A stretch of 64,000 nucleotides of DNA, taken from the NCBI GenBank assembly GCA_951406725.2, contig OX597814.1, positions 107,446,001 to 107,510,000 of the forward strand, read 5' to 3'. The translations under genes were made by a program, and so were the position numbers. The notes beneath the pieces are model-generated. The model did no database searches. It saw only the letters and a program-made list of their open reading frames with translations, and was not told the DNA's origin. How positions within the stretch are numbered: position 1 is the stretch's first letter; each line of letters opens with the position of its first letter. The stretch is from Octopus vulgaris (lineage: Eukaryota). Shown here piece after piece: positions 26,249 to 39,385 of the stretch.

Positions 26249-27500
26249 TTATTTACATTTGACGGATATTTGTCCTCATCTTGTTTGTTGTTAACACAAC
26301 ATTTCAGCTGATATACCCTCCAGCCTTCATCAGGTGTCTTGGGGAAATTTTGAACCTGGGTTCTCATTCCTAAGGTATTTTTCGATGTTATTATTATTAT
26401 TATTATTATTGTTCAGGTCACTGCTTGGAATCAAACTTGGAATCTTGGGGTTAGTAGTTTGCACTCTTAACCACTGCACCATGGGCAATTATGGAGTGAA
26501 TTTTAGGGCTTATAAATCTAATATTTTCCTATCCTACCTTAATACCGGTTCCCATATGCTACTCATATGTGCACTCAGTCTGCTTAGGAGGTTCTTGTGT
26601 CCTAGCATTTGTGCTGCTTCTTTTAGTTTTCATATTTTCCAGTGGTGTTCTCTGTCTATTATTTTAACTTCATCCCACAGGGAGAGGTGATCTCCATTTT
26701 TCCATACATGATCAGCTATACCTGATTTATCAATATCTCCTCGTGTCACAGCTTTGCGATGTTCCTCTACCCTTATTTTGAGGGACAGCATATTTCGCCT
26801 TTGTATAACCTACCACAGCTGCATGGGATGGAGTACACGCAGTTTTTGGTCATAATCTCTTCTATTGGTAGTTTTACCTGAAGGAGATATTTGCGAAGTC
26901 CTGAATACTGATCTGATGTCATATGGGCCACATATCTTTTGTATCTTTTCGGAGAGGCCTTTCACATTGGGTAGACAGACAGTGGATAGTTTAGTGGTTT
27001 CATCCTCTCTTTCTTCATAATTGGAGTGGAGAGTATGCTTTTGGGGTAATTGTTGCTTAATAGATTGTTATTGAGCTTGATCATTTCTTCATGGTGTATA
27101 TCACAATCGCTGCATATATTCTTTGCTCGATGTTTTAGGCACTGAGTAATCCCTCTCTTTACACTGTATGGATAGTGGGAATTGAAGTTGAGGTATCGTC
27201 CAGTGAAGGTCAGCTTGCGGTATACGGATGTCTTGAATCCATACTTGGTGCGTGTTATTAATACATCCAGGAATGCCAGTTGATTGTATTTTTCCTTTTC
27301 CATTGTGAACTGTATGGATGGCTTTATTGAGTTCACATGATCTAACAGCACTTGGACATCTTCCTAGTGGACAAGAAGAGGGTATTGACAAGAGGAGGGA
27401 TTAGCTATGGGTTCACCATTATCACTGGTAATAGGAAATATACATATGGAATACTTTGAGAATTTGGCTTTAGGATCAACACTACTAAAACCAACATTAT
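26249..27500 (-). mobile_element. Penelope-like element (RT C-terminus + GIY-YIG endonuclease + tRNA-like segment + hammerhead-bearing terminal repeat), 5'-truncated with inversion
   Basis: FTME.E...LAFLDV.I.R...SVYRK.T.T.RYL...SH; VYSIPCSCG; C-terminal WDEVKIIDRE...KEA...IWEPVL ending ~26511; GLAMGSPLS motif inverted on + at 27390-27500. Confidence 0.88.
26293..26338 (-). ncRNA. Type I minimal hammerhead ribozyme motif in the PLE terminal repeat
   Basis: Minus strand GACAC-CTGATGA-AGGCTG-GAGGGTATAT-CAGCT-GAAAT-GTT-GTGTT: both core boxes, stem II and stem I (GACAC/GTGTT). Confidence 0.78.
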
Positions 27501-28275
27501 GAATTGTCCGAAAGCAACCGCAAATCCTGAGTTGACTTCTGCTCTTCTCTCCATTCTCGTGAAATTGCTTCACCCTTTTTGGATAGACTTGTGACTGATG
27601 CCGAAAAACGGATCTTGTATTGAAATGTTAAACATTGGATCTTCTATTGAAATGTTAAACATCGTAAACAGTGGCTTGGTAAAAGGGAAAAATCTCAACC
27701 ACAACCGAGAAGGGAACTTCATGGGAAAAAGATTCTTCTCTCTATCTGGTGGGATTGCAAAGGAGTAATTCACTTTGAATTGTTACCACCTAATGCAACA
27801 ATCAATGCTCAAGTCTACTGTCAGCAATTAGAGCATTTGAACCAAGCTTTGAAGAAAAAAAGACTCGCTTTAGTGAATCGAAAAGGAGTGATGTTTCATC
27901 AGGACAATGCGCGACCCCACACTGTAAAGATCACATCAGAGAAGATCGAAGAGCTTGGTTGGGAAAAAATTCCTCATCCACCTTATTCTCCAGACCTTGC
28001 TCCTTCAGACTACCATTTGTTTTGTAGTTCACAGAATCATTTGGGGGACATAACTTTCGCAAGCCAGAACGAGTCGAAACTAACATTTCAGAGTTCTTCG
28101 CTTTGAAACCAAAAGAGTTTTACATTGATGGGATAAAAAAAGCTTGTAAATAGATGGAAGGAAGTCATAGATAATCAGGGAAAGTACATTGATGATTAAA
28201 TTTCAATTAAATATAACATCTGATCATTTGTTTTCTTTATTCAAAATTCGGACAGAACTTGTGTGATGACCTGAT
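27500..28275 (+). mobile_element. Mariner transposase 3' fragment with probable right TIR
   Basis: FHQDNARPH and HPPYSPDLAPSDYHLF motifs; ends CAGAACTTGTGTGATGACCTGATA. Confidence 0.9.
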
Positions 28276-28866
28276 ACAAATGCAATTAACAGGACATAAC
28301 AACAGGTGTCTTTCAACTAGGGACGAATTAAATTAAATTAAGCTGGCGTGTGTGGAAGTAAAGCCTTACAGCAGGGACATAAGATTTAACAGGCACAGGG
28401 AGGAATATAGATGTTGTACGGATGGTAGTCAAATCAAGAAAGAAAGGTCAGTCCTGGCCGAACACCAGTCATGTAGGGAGAGAAGAGAGAGAGGTAGAGG
28501 CAGAGGGATAGAAGAATTAAGGAGAGGCAAGAAAAATGTGAAAGAGACAGAGTGAAGTGAAAAAGGAGGGAAAGTGAGCATGAAGAGAAGGCCAGGAAAT
28601 GTGAAAGAGGGAGAATGAAAGAACAAAGAGTGGAATGAATGAAGTATGAAAGGGCTGATAGAAAGAAAGAATAAGAGTCATACAAAATTTATATATATAT
28701 ATAGGCACAGGTGTGGCTGTGTAGTAAGTAACTTGCTTACCAACCACATGATTCTGGGTTCAGTCCCACTGCATGGCACCTTCAGCAAGTGTCTTCGACT
28801 ATAGCCTCGGGCCAACCAAACCCTCATGAGTGGATTTGATAGATGGAAACTGAAAGAAGCCCGTTT

Positions 28867-28898
<32 letters not shown>

Positions 28899-28904
<6 letters not shown>

Positions 28905-30070
28905 GGCTCAGCTTAAGGACAGAGCTGGTGACCTACTTTTGGGATAAACCCATTGTCCTGTCAGATTCAGGTGGATTGATCGGTTCTGGGTAGACCTGCG
29001 ACCCCTTTCGGGTGAACTAGAGTTCGTTTTAAACACCCCTTAGAGTAAGGAAGAATCTAGTGACAGTGAAGAAGAGGAAGAAGAAAGTAGTGAGAAAGAC
29101 AGAGTAAGGAATCTGAGGAGCCTGTCGTGAGAGAATGACAGTGACAGCGTCGATAAAGATAGACAGATAGGGCCAAGCGGCAATAGAGAGAATATTAGAG
29201 CTAAGAGAGGGATTGAGGGTAGTGACAGAGCAAGAGGGTTTTGGACAGTCGTTATTTGGTCGTCAAAGCGAGCGGTTGGGATTTTAGGAGCGAGGATTTG
29301 GGAGTTCGGGGCAAGAGTTTGGCAAGTTGGAGCTAGCGGTACTGGGAGAGAGGAAGTACAATATGAGGCGTTGGCTAATGTAAGGTTCGTGAATTGTGTA
29401 TTGATATGTGAAGAAAAAGAAGGAAAAGGAATCGATGTATCAAAATGTTGAAAAGAAATGAGACAGTAAAAAGGAATTTAATGAACAATGTGAATTGAGT
29501 AAAGGACTTGTGATGTGTCGATTATCGAGTTGTGGTATTTATGTTCAGAATTGTGTTGATACATGTTACAAAAGAAAGTAGAAAAAGACTTTAAAGAACT
29601 GTGAACGTTATTTGTTTAATTGGATTTGAACATTGATTTGTAACGTGAATTATTTGTGACATGAACATTGTATACCTGTTTCTTGCATGTGTTTTCTTTA
29701 ATTGCTGTTGTTATCGAACTTGATGTGTTGTTACCGGACGGTTATATTGTATCTGCATGTTGTTAAATGCTTTGATCTGTGGTATACCTGTATGATGTAT
29801 TGAGTTGTTACTTGCATGTCCTCTTTTAAATGTACCTGATATGTAATTGATGTTGTAACAATTGATTGTCATATAAACTAGTTGTTAAATGTAAGCCAGT
29901 TGCCTTGCCTCTTTGTGTCTCTCTCGATTGCCTCTGTGCTGCTGCTGCTGTTGTTGTTGTTGTATATCTCTCTCCTCTCCGAGTTTCCGTGGCGAAAATA
30001 TTCGCTACATCGAATGGGCCTGTGTGAGCGATTCCGTAACAGTTCGATGGAGGTCCCCCCCCTCGTAACA
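28899..30070. mobile_element. Probable solo LTR (~1.17 kb) inserted in a (TA)n tract
   Basis: Begins TGTTG, ends TAACA (TG...CA with short inverted termini); non-coding; TA repeats on both sides. Confidence 0.65.
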
Positions 30071-30114
<44 letters not shown>

Positions 30115-30159
30115 ATATATGTGTGTGTGTGTATATATGTGTGTGTGTGTATATATGTG

Positions 30160-30248
<89 letters not shown>

Positions 30249-30255
30249 ATATATG

Positions 30256-30290
<35 letters not shown>

Positions 30291-30295
30291 ATATA

Positions 30296-30348
<53 letters not shown>

Positions 30349-30369
30349 ATATATGTGTGTGTGTGTGTG

Positions 30370-30411
<42 letters not shown>

Positions 30412-30473
30412 TGTGTGTGTGTGTGTATATATATGTGTGTGTGTGTGTGTGTATATATATGTGTGTGTGTGTG

Positions 30474-30515
<42 letters not shown>

Positions 30516-30841
30516 TGTGTGTGTGTATATATATATGTGTGTGTGTGTGTGTATATATATGTGTGTGTGTGTGTATATATATGTGTGTGTGTGTGTGTAT
30601 ATATGTGTGTGTGTGTGTGTGTATATATATGTGTGTGTGTGTGTATATATATGTGTGTGTGTGTGTATATATATGTGTGTGTGTGTGTATATATGTGTGT
30701 GTGTGTATATATATGTGTGTGTGTGTATATATATGTGTGTGTGTGTGTATATATATATGTGTGTGTGTATATATATGTGTGTGTGTGTGTGTATATATGT
30801 GTGTGTGTGTGTATATATGTGTGTGTGTGTGTGTGTATGTG

Positions 30842-30878
<37 letters not shown>

Positions 30879-30879
30879 A

Positions 30880-30911
<32 letters not shown>

Positions 30912-30953
30912 TGTATGTGTGTGTGTGTGTATATATATGTGTGTGTGTGTGTG

Positions 30954-31020
<67 letters not shown>

Positions 31021-31103
31021 GTGTGTGTGTGTATATATATGTGTGTGTGTGTGTATATATGTGTGTGTGTGTGTGTATATATATGTGTGTGTATGTATGT
31101 GTA

Positions 31104-31143
<40 letters not shown>
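30071..31143. repeat. Compound (TG)n/(TA)n microsatellite, ~1.07 kb
   Basis: Seen directly. Confidence 0.99.
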
Positions 31144-31144
<1 letters not shown>

Positions 31145-31619
31145 GCAAAACATTCAAACACTGAGATTTGAAATCAGATGTCACTACTGTTCATATCATC
31201 TATGGATAAATTTTAAAATTGATGATATCACCAGCAGTGACAAAGGTGGATTGCAGGCAAAATAGCATTAAATAGCTATGAATTATAAATTTGCACAAAG
31301 CGTAAGGATTTGGTCCCCACCACCATTGCTTGATAACCGATGTTGGTGTGTTTACATTCCCGTAACTTAGCAATTCAGCAAAAGAGACTGATAGCATAAG
31401 CACTAGGCTTATAAAGAATAAGTCCGGGGTTGATTTGCTCTACTAAAGGCGGTGCTCCACATGCTCGCAGTCAAGTGACTAAAACAAGTAAAAGAATAAA
31501 AGAATATGTATATAACAAGGGCTGTGATGGCAGAGGACATGCAAAGACTTGAAAGCAGTGAATCTGTTGTGCTCCACTGGATGTGTCAGTGTGCAAACAT
31601 GACTGAGTACCAGCATCTT

Positions 31620-32370
31620 GAGAGAAACTGGGAGAATGGCTGCATGATTTTCTGAAGGGCAGGAGTCAGACAGTTGTAGCCAATGGTGCTCACTCTGAAG
31701 AGACACCAATTCTCAGTGGAGTCCTACAGGGAACTGAACTGGGGCCACTACTATTTGTAGTGGTCCTCCACGGTACAGTCAGCCAATCTCTGACCAGTTA
31801 TGCTGATGGCACAGGAGCATCGCAGGTAGTTAGGAACTGCAGAAAGACCTGAATGAAATCTGCAAATGGGCTAATAAAAATAACGTGCTGTTCAATGCTA
31901 TGAAATTTCAGAAACTCCACTATCGGTCCAACACCAAGCTAAATTCTTAATACACCAAACTAGAAGGTAATATGATCCCAGAGTCAGTCGGTGCGTGACC
32001 TGGGGGTTCACATGAGCAATGACGCAGCATTCCATGTGCATATTACCAAGATGGCAACACTGTGCAGGTGAGTAGCTGGATGGATTCTGAGGATATTCAG
32101 AAACGGGGAAAAGGGATGCCCTGCTACCCCTATAGACTACTGCTCCCAACTATGGTCCTCAGAGAGTGTGGAACTCGAAGCAATCCAGCATCAATACACA
32201 AAGAAGATTAACTCGATGCAAAAGATGGGTTCCTGGAAGAGGCTAAAGGAGCTGAGTCTCTATTCCCTGGAGAGAAGACGAGAGAGATATGCGGTGATAT
32301 ATAGTTGGAACATCTTGGAGGGTTTAGCTCCCAATTTTGGAAATGACAGCTATACCAATCCTCGAACTGG
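31620..32370 (+). mobile_element. Decayed CR1-group RT 3' fragment
   Basis: [25 protein letters not shown]; similar to ORF2 at 59524-62628. Confidence 0.8.
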
Positions 32371-33168
32371 AGTGGTTGGCATTAGGAAGGGCATCCAGAA
32401 GTAGAAACATTGTCAGATCAGTTTGGAACCTGGAGCGACCTCTTGGCTTACCAGTCCCCAGTCAAATCACCCAACCCATGCCAGCATGGAAAATGGACAT
32501 TAAACGATGATGAAGATGAGGATTCACAAATTTTCCTCCAATAACTTCATTGTTATGTCATTGAACAATGCAAGTTCACACTTCATTACATTTCCTCTGT
32601 GTAGTGTACGGTTGTTTCCCATTCAACAAATTCTGTCAAACTGGGCAGAACCTAACTGCACTCGTGGTCTGCTTTACACACTCTTTTACCAGATACTGTG
32701 TCACCTGATCCTGGCAGTAGCTGCTCTGTCGTATTTATAAGAGATCAGACAGGTAGAAGGATGAAGATATCAGTGATGCTACAGTTGTGTGGGGTCGTCT
32801 GAACTCTCCATACATTAGCAAGGTTAGCAGTGAAGTGGATGACAAATTATTTCACTTGACAAGGTAGCATCTGGTTAATGTCCCTTACCATCCTCCATTG
32901 TCCCGTCACGAGAAACAAGTTTGATTTCCCTGTCATAGGAAGCAAATGAGAATGAAATATAAGGGGACAAAATTGTTTTGAGATTCTTGTTCTAATGTCA
33001 CCAACACCCTGCCACTGCTACTAATAGCTGTTGGGAACCCTTTCAGCCCTGTCTTACATTAGAATCAGAATCTCAAAAAAATAAAGTTGAATAACTGTAA
33101 ACCTACTTTTGGGCCACCCTGTATATATAGATATATAAATATATACTACATATATATATATATCTATA

Positions 33169-33204
<36 letters not shown>

Positions 33205-33454
33205 CACACACACACACACTACATATATATGTATATTATATATATATATAAACATGTATAAATACACACACTACATATATGTAAATTTGTACATATATAT
33301 ATACACACACTACATATATATATATATGATATATTTAAATGTGTATGTGTATATATATATACATATATATACACACACACTACAGACATTTATATGTAAA
33401 CTATATATATATATATGTGTGTGTATATATAATGTGTATATATATTTGTATATA

Positions 33455-35789
33455 AAGGTAAAGGTAAAGGTGATGCCCTAGATACAAATAATTACAGAGG
33501 TATCAAGCTGTTGGATCAAGTAATGAAGGTTACGGAGAGGGTCATAGCCCAACTAATTAGAGAGAGAGTTAGTTTAGATGAGATGCAGTTTGGGTTCGTG
33601 CAAGGGAAAAGTACCACGGATGCTATATTCCTGGTAAGGCAGCTGCAGGAGAAATACCTAGCCAAAGATAAGCTCCTGTACCTGGCTTTTGTTGACATGG
33701 AGAAAGCTTTTGATAGGGTCCCCCGATCCCTTATCTGGTGGTCAATGAGGAAACTAGGGATAGATGAATGGCTGGTGAGGACTGTGCAAGCCATGTACAG
33801 AGATGCCGTAAGTAAGGTTAGGGTTAGCAACATGTACACAGAAGAATTCAAAGTAGAGGTTGGGGTCCACCAGGGTTCAGTACTCAGCCCCCTCCTATTT
33901 ATCATAGGCAATTACGGAGGAATTCAAGACAGGTTGTCCCTGGGAGCTCCTCTATGCTGACGACCTTGCTCTTATTGCTGAGTCACTATCAGAGCTGGAG
34001 GAGAAGTTCCAGGTGTGGAAGGAGGGTTTAGAATCGAGGGGCCTTAGAGTCAACCTAGCTAAAATCAAAGTACTAATAAGTAGGAAGGTAGACAATCCAC
34101 AAATGTCTTCAGGAAGATGGCCCTGCTCGATCTGTAGAAAAGGTGTAGGTAGAAACTCTATAAGATGTACCCAGTGTAAGCTATGGACACATAAGAGGTG
34201 CAGCAATGTCAAAGGTAGGCTAACTGGGAAGATAGTTTTTGTATGTGGCAGATGCTCAGGAGCATTAACCTCCGAAAATCTGCAGAAAATAACTTCAGTC
34301 ACTTTCCAAGGGGAAAAACTAGAAGTAGTTGATAGCTTCCGTTATCTAGGTGACCAAGTCAGTAGTGGGGGTGGGTGTGCTGAAAGTGTAACTGCTAGAA
34401 TAAGAATAGCCTGGGCAAAGTTTAGGGAGCTCTTACCTCTGCTGGTGACTAAAGGCCTCTCGCTCAGAGTAAAAGGCAGACTGTATGATGCGTGTGTACG
34501 AACAGCCATGCTACATGGCAGTGAAACATGGGCCGTGACTGCCGAGGACATGCGTAAGCTCGTGAGGAATGAAGCCAGTATGCTCCGATGGATGTGTAAT
34601 GTCAGTGTACATACTCGACAGAGCGTTAGCACCTTGAAAGAAATGTTGTACCTAAGAGGCATCAGTTGTGGTGTGCAAGAGACGATTGCGCTGGTATGGT
34701 CATGTGGCGAGAATGGATGAAGATAGGTGTGTGAGAATGTGCCAATCCTTAGCAGTTGAGGGAACCCATGGAAGAGGTAGACCCAGGAAAACCTGGGACG
34801 AGGTGGTGAAGTACGACCTTCGAACTTTAGGCCTCACTGAGGAAATGACCAGCGACCGAGACCTTTGGAAATATTCTGTACGTGAGAAGACCAGGCAGGA
34901 CAAGTGAGCCCAGCCCACTTATGAATGCCTTTCCTCCCTTGGACACAAAGACCTGTTGGGGCAAGCGAAGTCGATATAGAACCTCATCCGACGACAGGCA
35001 CCCATGCCAACCCCCTTTGCTTGCGAAGACATGTTGGGGCAAGCGAAATCGAAATCGAAGTCAAAATCGAATTGAACCAGCCAGGATCCCTGGACTGGTG
35101 GTACGTAAAAAGCACTATCCGACTCGTGGCCGATGCCAGCGCCGCCTCCACTGGCTTCTGTGCCGGTGGCACGTAAAATACACCAATCTGACCGTACAAC
35201 AGGCACCCATGCCAACCCCCTTGCTTGCGAAGACATGTTGGGGCAAGCGAAATCGAATTGAACCAGCCAGGTTCCCTGGTCTGGTGGTACGTAAAAAGCA
35301 CTATCCGACTCGTGGCCGATGCCAGCGCCGCCTCCACTGGCTTCCGTGCCGGTGGCATGTAAAATACACCAATCTGACCGTACAACAGGCACCCATGCCA
35401 ACCCCCTTGCTTGCGAAGACATGTTGGGGCAAGCGAAATCGAAATCGAATTGAACCAGCCAGGATCCCTGGTCTGGTGGTACGTAAAAAGCACCATCCGA
35501 CTCGTGGCCGATGCCAGCTCCGCCTCGTCTGGCTCCTGTGCCGGTGGCACATAAAATACACCAATCCGACCGTGGCCGTTGCCAGCCTCGCCTGGCACCT
35601 GTGCAGGTGGCACGTAAAAAGCACCCACTACACTCACGGAGTGGTTGGCGTTAGGAAGGGCATCCAGCTGTAGAAACACTGCCAGATAAGACTGGAGCCT
35701 GGTGCAGCCTTCTGGCTTCCCAGATCCCCGGTCGAACCATCCAACCCATGCTAGCATGGAGAACGGACGTTAAACGATGATGATGATGA

Positions 35790-35791
<2 letters not shown>
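33455..35791 (+). mobile_element. 5'-truncated RTE-clade LINE (frameshifted RT, repetitive 3'UTR, (GAT)n tail)
   Basis: NYRGIKL, QFGF, FVDMEKAFD, GVHQGSVLSP, LYADD, YLG, RGRPRKTW; frameshifts near 33905 and 34680; ends TAAACGATGATGATGAT; TA-rich microsatellite on both sides. Confidence 0.93.
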
Positions 35792-35820
<29 letters not shown>

Positions 35821-36223
35821 GGTGCAGGTGTGGCTGTGTGGTAAGTAGCTTGCTTACCAACCACATGGTTCCAGGTTCAGTCCCACTGCATGGCACCTTG
35901 GGCAAGTGTCTTCTACTATAGCCTCGGGCCGACCAAAGCCTTGTGAGTGGATTTGGTAGACAGAAACTGAAAGAAGCCCATCATATATATGTATATATAT
36001 ATATGTGTGTGCATGTATGTTTGTGTGTCTGTGTTTGTCCCCCTAGCATTGCTTGACAACCGATGCTGGTGTGTTTATGTCCCCGTCACCTAGCGGTTCG
36101 GCAAAAGAGGCCGATAGAATAAGTACTGGACTTACAAAGAATAAGTCCCGGGGTCGATTTGCTCGACATAAGGCGGTGCTCCAGCATGGCCGCAGTCAAA
36201 TGACTGAAACAAGTAAAAGAATA
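35821..36223 (+). mobile_element. Full-length tRNA-derived CORE-like SINE with internal microsatellite and CR1-like tail
   Basis: A box TGGCTGTGTGG, B box GGTTCAGTCC, CORE-like ACCTTGGGCAAGT; further copies near 2720-3000, 24075-24430, 25530-25810, 28703-28862 + 31310-31505, 37585-37990, 39450-39975, 49205-50200, 54300-54665. Confidence 0.85.
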
Positions 36224-37762
36224 TATATATATATATATATATACATATATGTATATATATGATATCTCTCTATATATATTGTATGTGTATAGTATATATA
36301 AACAATATGTACATATACATTGTGTATATTCATTTTGGGTGTTTGAAGAATAAAAAGAATGAGTCTAGAGAGTGTCCCTTGGTTCACTCTCTAGACTTCA
36401 AGCATCCAAAATGACGAGACCCATCTGTCATGAGAACAGATTACTGTACAATGTCCCTTGAAAAGCTAATGTAAATAGTGAAAACCAGTTAGATTTCATA
36501 ACATCCATATGATATGTATATATTTATAAAAAGATATTAAACTCTATGAAACGAAGGCATTTCTCTTCCAATTTATATAAATATATATATTGCATGATAT
36601 GCTATATACATGTATTAAAGCTTTTATACTATGTACACACACACACGCACACACACACACTTTGAAATGTTTCAAGCCTGTAAGAGCCATTGAATATTTT
36701 AAAGAGATTAAATCGTATAAAATACAGTTCTTTGAATAAATAAAAGCTTGTTTAGTGTTAAGAGAAGTTACTCAAACCACTTTCTTTGCACACACTTATG
36801 TACCCTGTTTATTATAGGAGAATGCAGGCCATCTTGATAATGATTTTATACAACTGATGGCGTATATTAATTTTGTTTCTTCCAGTAATGTTTATAAAGC
36901 AGTTTTATACATTATATACAAGTATATATATGTGTGTGTGTGTGTTTTTTCCATACCTGTCATATTTTTGTGCCGTTTGATATGGGTAACAAAATTCCTT
37001 TTGAGTATTGTGTGAGCACTTTCAACGTTGATAATACACCGGCTTAAAAGTCTGTTTAAAATAGGTCACTAAACACACACTCACAAATATATACACCACA
37101 GGAATTTGATAAGTGCCACTGCATGAAAATCTTTGCTTTGAGTAACTAAATATTTATAAAAATACACTTAGAGTCATATTTTGAGTTATATTTTCCCTGT
37201 TTGTACCAACATAGCTATGTATAAAACTGAAGGGTTGTCACTCCCTGGGGGGAAAAAAAATACTTCATAAGTCCTCTGTAACATAGGACCAGGCTAACAA
37301 TATTGTTTAGGTATGAGGTAAAGAACTCCAAGTATTCTTATGCTGGGGTCCGAGATAGCAGATCATCACCATTCTGTATTGTGAATCCATGGTTGTGTTC
37401 CAGTCATATTTGTTTTTATGCAGAGTGATGTACAAGACAAGGTATATTTTGCCTTTATTGGAGTGAATTTGGCTTACAGCTGGTTTATTACGATAAAGAA
37501 ATATGCAATCACCATTATTTATGCTTTATCTTATACACACACACACATCACACACATTTTTGTGTGTGTGTGTGTGTATATTCTTTTGTTTCAATCATTT
37601 GATTGCGGCCATGCTGCAGCACCGCCTTTAGTCAAACAAATCGACCCCAGGACTTATTCTTTGTAAGCCTAGTACTTATTCTATCGGTCTCTTTTGCCAA
37701 ACCACTAAGTTACAGGGGCGTAAACATTCCAACATCAGTTGTCAAACGATGGTAGGGGTCAA

Positions 37763-37827
<65 letters not shown>

Positions 37828-37988
37828 CACACACACACACAACAGGCTTCTTTCAGTTTCCAATTCACTCACTCACAAGGCTTTGGTCAGCCTGAGGCCA
37901 TTGCAGAAGACACTTACCCAAGGTTCCACATAATGGGACTGAACCCAGAGCTATGTGGCTGGTAAGCAAGCTACTTACCACACAGCCA

Positions 37989-38039
<51 letters not shown>

Positions 38040-38859
38040 TATATGTATATATTTTCTAAATTATATTATTTCTGTATTTTATGCAATTCTTTATATTTGT
38101 ATTATTCCATACTTTTTTTTTGTTTCTTTATTCTGTATTATTATAATTTAGTGATATTTCTTGCGGTTCTTTACATTCTGGGGTTGAACTTGCCAATCAT
38201 CATTCCATGGCTGATTAAATAAGTACCGGTTGAGCATTGGGGAGCAGTGTAGCTGCTCCCTCCTCTAAAATTACATTACTGGCATTCTATGAAAATTATC
38301 ATCATCATCATTATTTTTATTATTAATATTATTAAGATGGCAAACTGGCTGAATTGTTAGCATGCTGAGCAAAATGCTTCGTGGCATTTTGTCTCTCTTC
38401 ACGTTCTAAGTTCAAATTCCACCAAGGTCGACTTTGCCTTTCATCCTTTCGGGGTTGATAAACTAAGTACCAGTTATACACTGGGGTCAATGTAATCGAC
38501 TTAATCCCTTCCCTCAAATTTCAGGCCTTTTACCTACAGTAGAAAGGATGATGATGATGATGATTGTTGTTGTTGTTGTTGTTGCTGCTGCTGCTGTTGT
38601 TGTTGTTGTTGTTGCTGCTGCTGTTGTTGTTGTTGTTGTTAAGGTGACGAGCTGGCAGAATCTTTAGCATGCCAGGTGAAACAGCGGTATTTCGTCTGCC
38701 CCTACGTTCTGAGTTCGAATCCACTGGGGTCAACTTTGCCTTTCATCCTTTCAGGGTCAATTAACTTAGTATCATTTATGCACTGGGGTCAATGCAATTG
38801 ACTTAATCTCCTCCCCCAAGCTGCCCTTGTGACAAAATTGAAATTATTATTGTTATTAT

Positions 38860-39385
38860 TCCTTCGTAACACAGTGTAGGTAAAAATGCACCTGAGTCTT
38901 TAGTCATCTGTCAAATCACAACAAGGACCTCAGACAGATAATACTTTCCTTAAGATGTGCGCTATGCCCAATAAGGCTGCTTTTTGCAAGACATTAATCT
39001 TGCATGGGATTTCCAGTTGCCTTAAGAAGTTTTGTTTTCAACCTCTTTACTCACAACATTCATGTCATTTGGTATGGCTACATCAATGATCTGACATTAT
39101 TTGTCTCTCTTATTCAATATGACAATATCTGGCCGACAGGGTTCGATTACACGATCTGTCTGAAAATCGTAGTCCCAGAGTATCTTTAATTTTCCATCCT
39201 CCTGCATAACTTTACTTGGTACATGCTCATACCAGTTTCCTGTTACTTCATATTGGTATTTACGGCATAAGAGCCAATGAAGATACACACACACTTTTAT
39301 CGTGGCGGCAATTGTATTCTTTTTGTGCAAGGCTCTCACATCCACTTACCAAGTGGGTCACATTTTCCACACGCTTTCCACATTG
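38860..39385 (-). mobile_element. R4/Dong-like RLE non-LTR retrotransposon 3' fragment
   Basis: CG...E.V.H..SGC..LA..EY..RHD and KILWD....TDR.I...RPDIV motifs; ends in a TAA-rich tract. Confidence 0.8.

Noticed and set aside
29826-31265. Long ORFs of 355-452 aa (also at 49336-50167 and 58830-59543)
   Set aside because: Translations of (TA)n/(TG)n microsatellites that lack stop codons; not genes
34882-35757. 263-aa and 257-aa ORFs
   Set aside because: Produced by GC-rich tandem modules of the RTE 3'UTR; no protein motif
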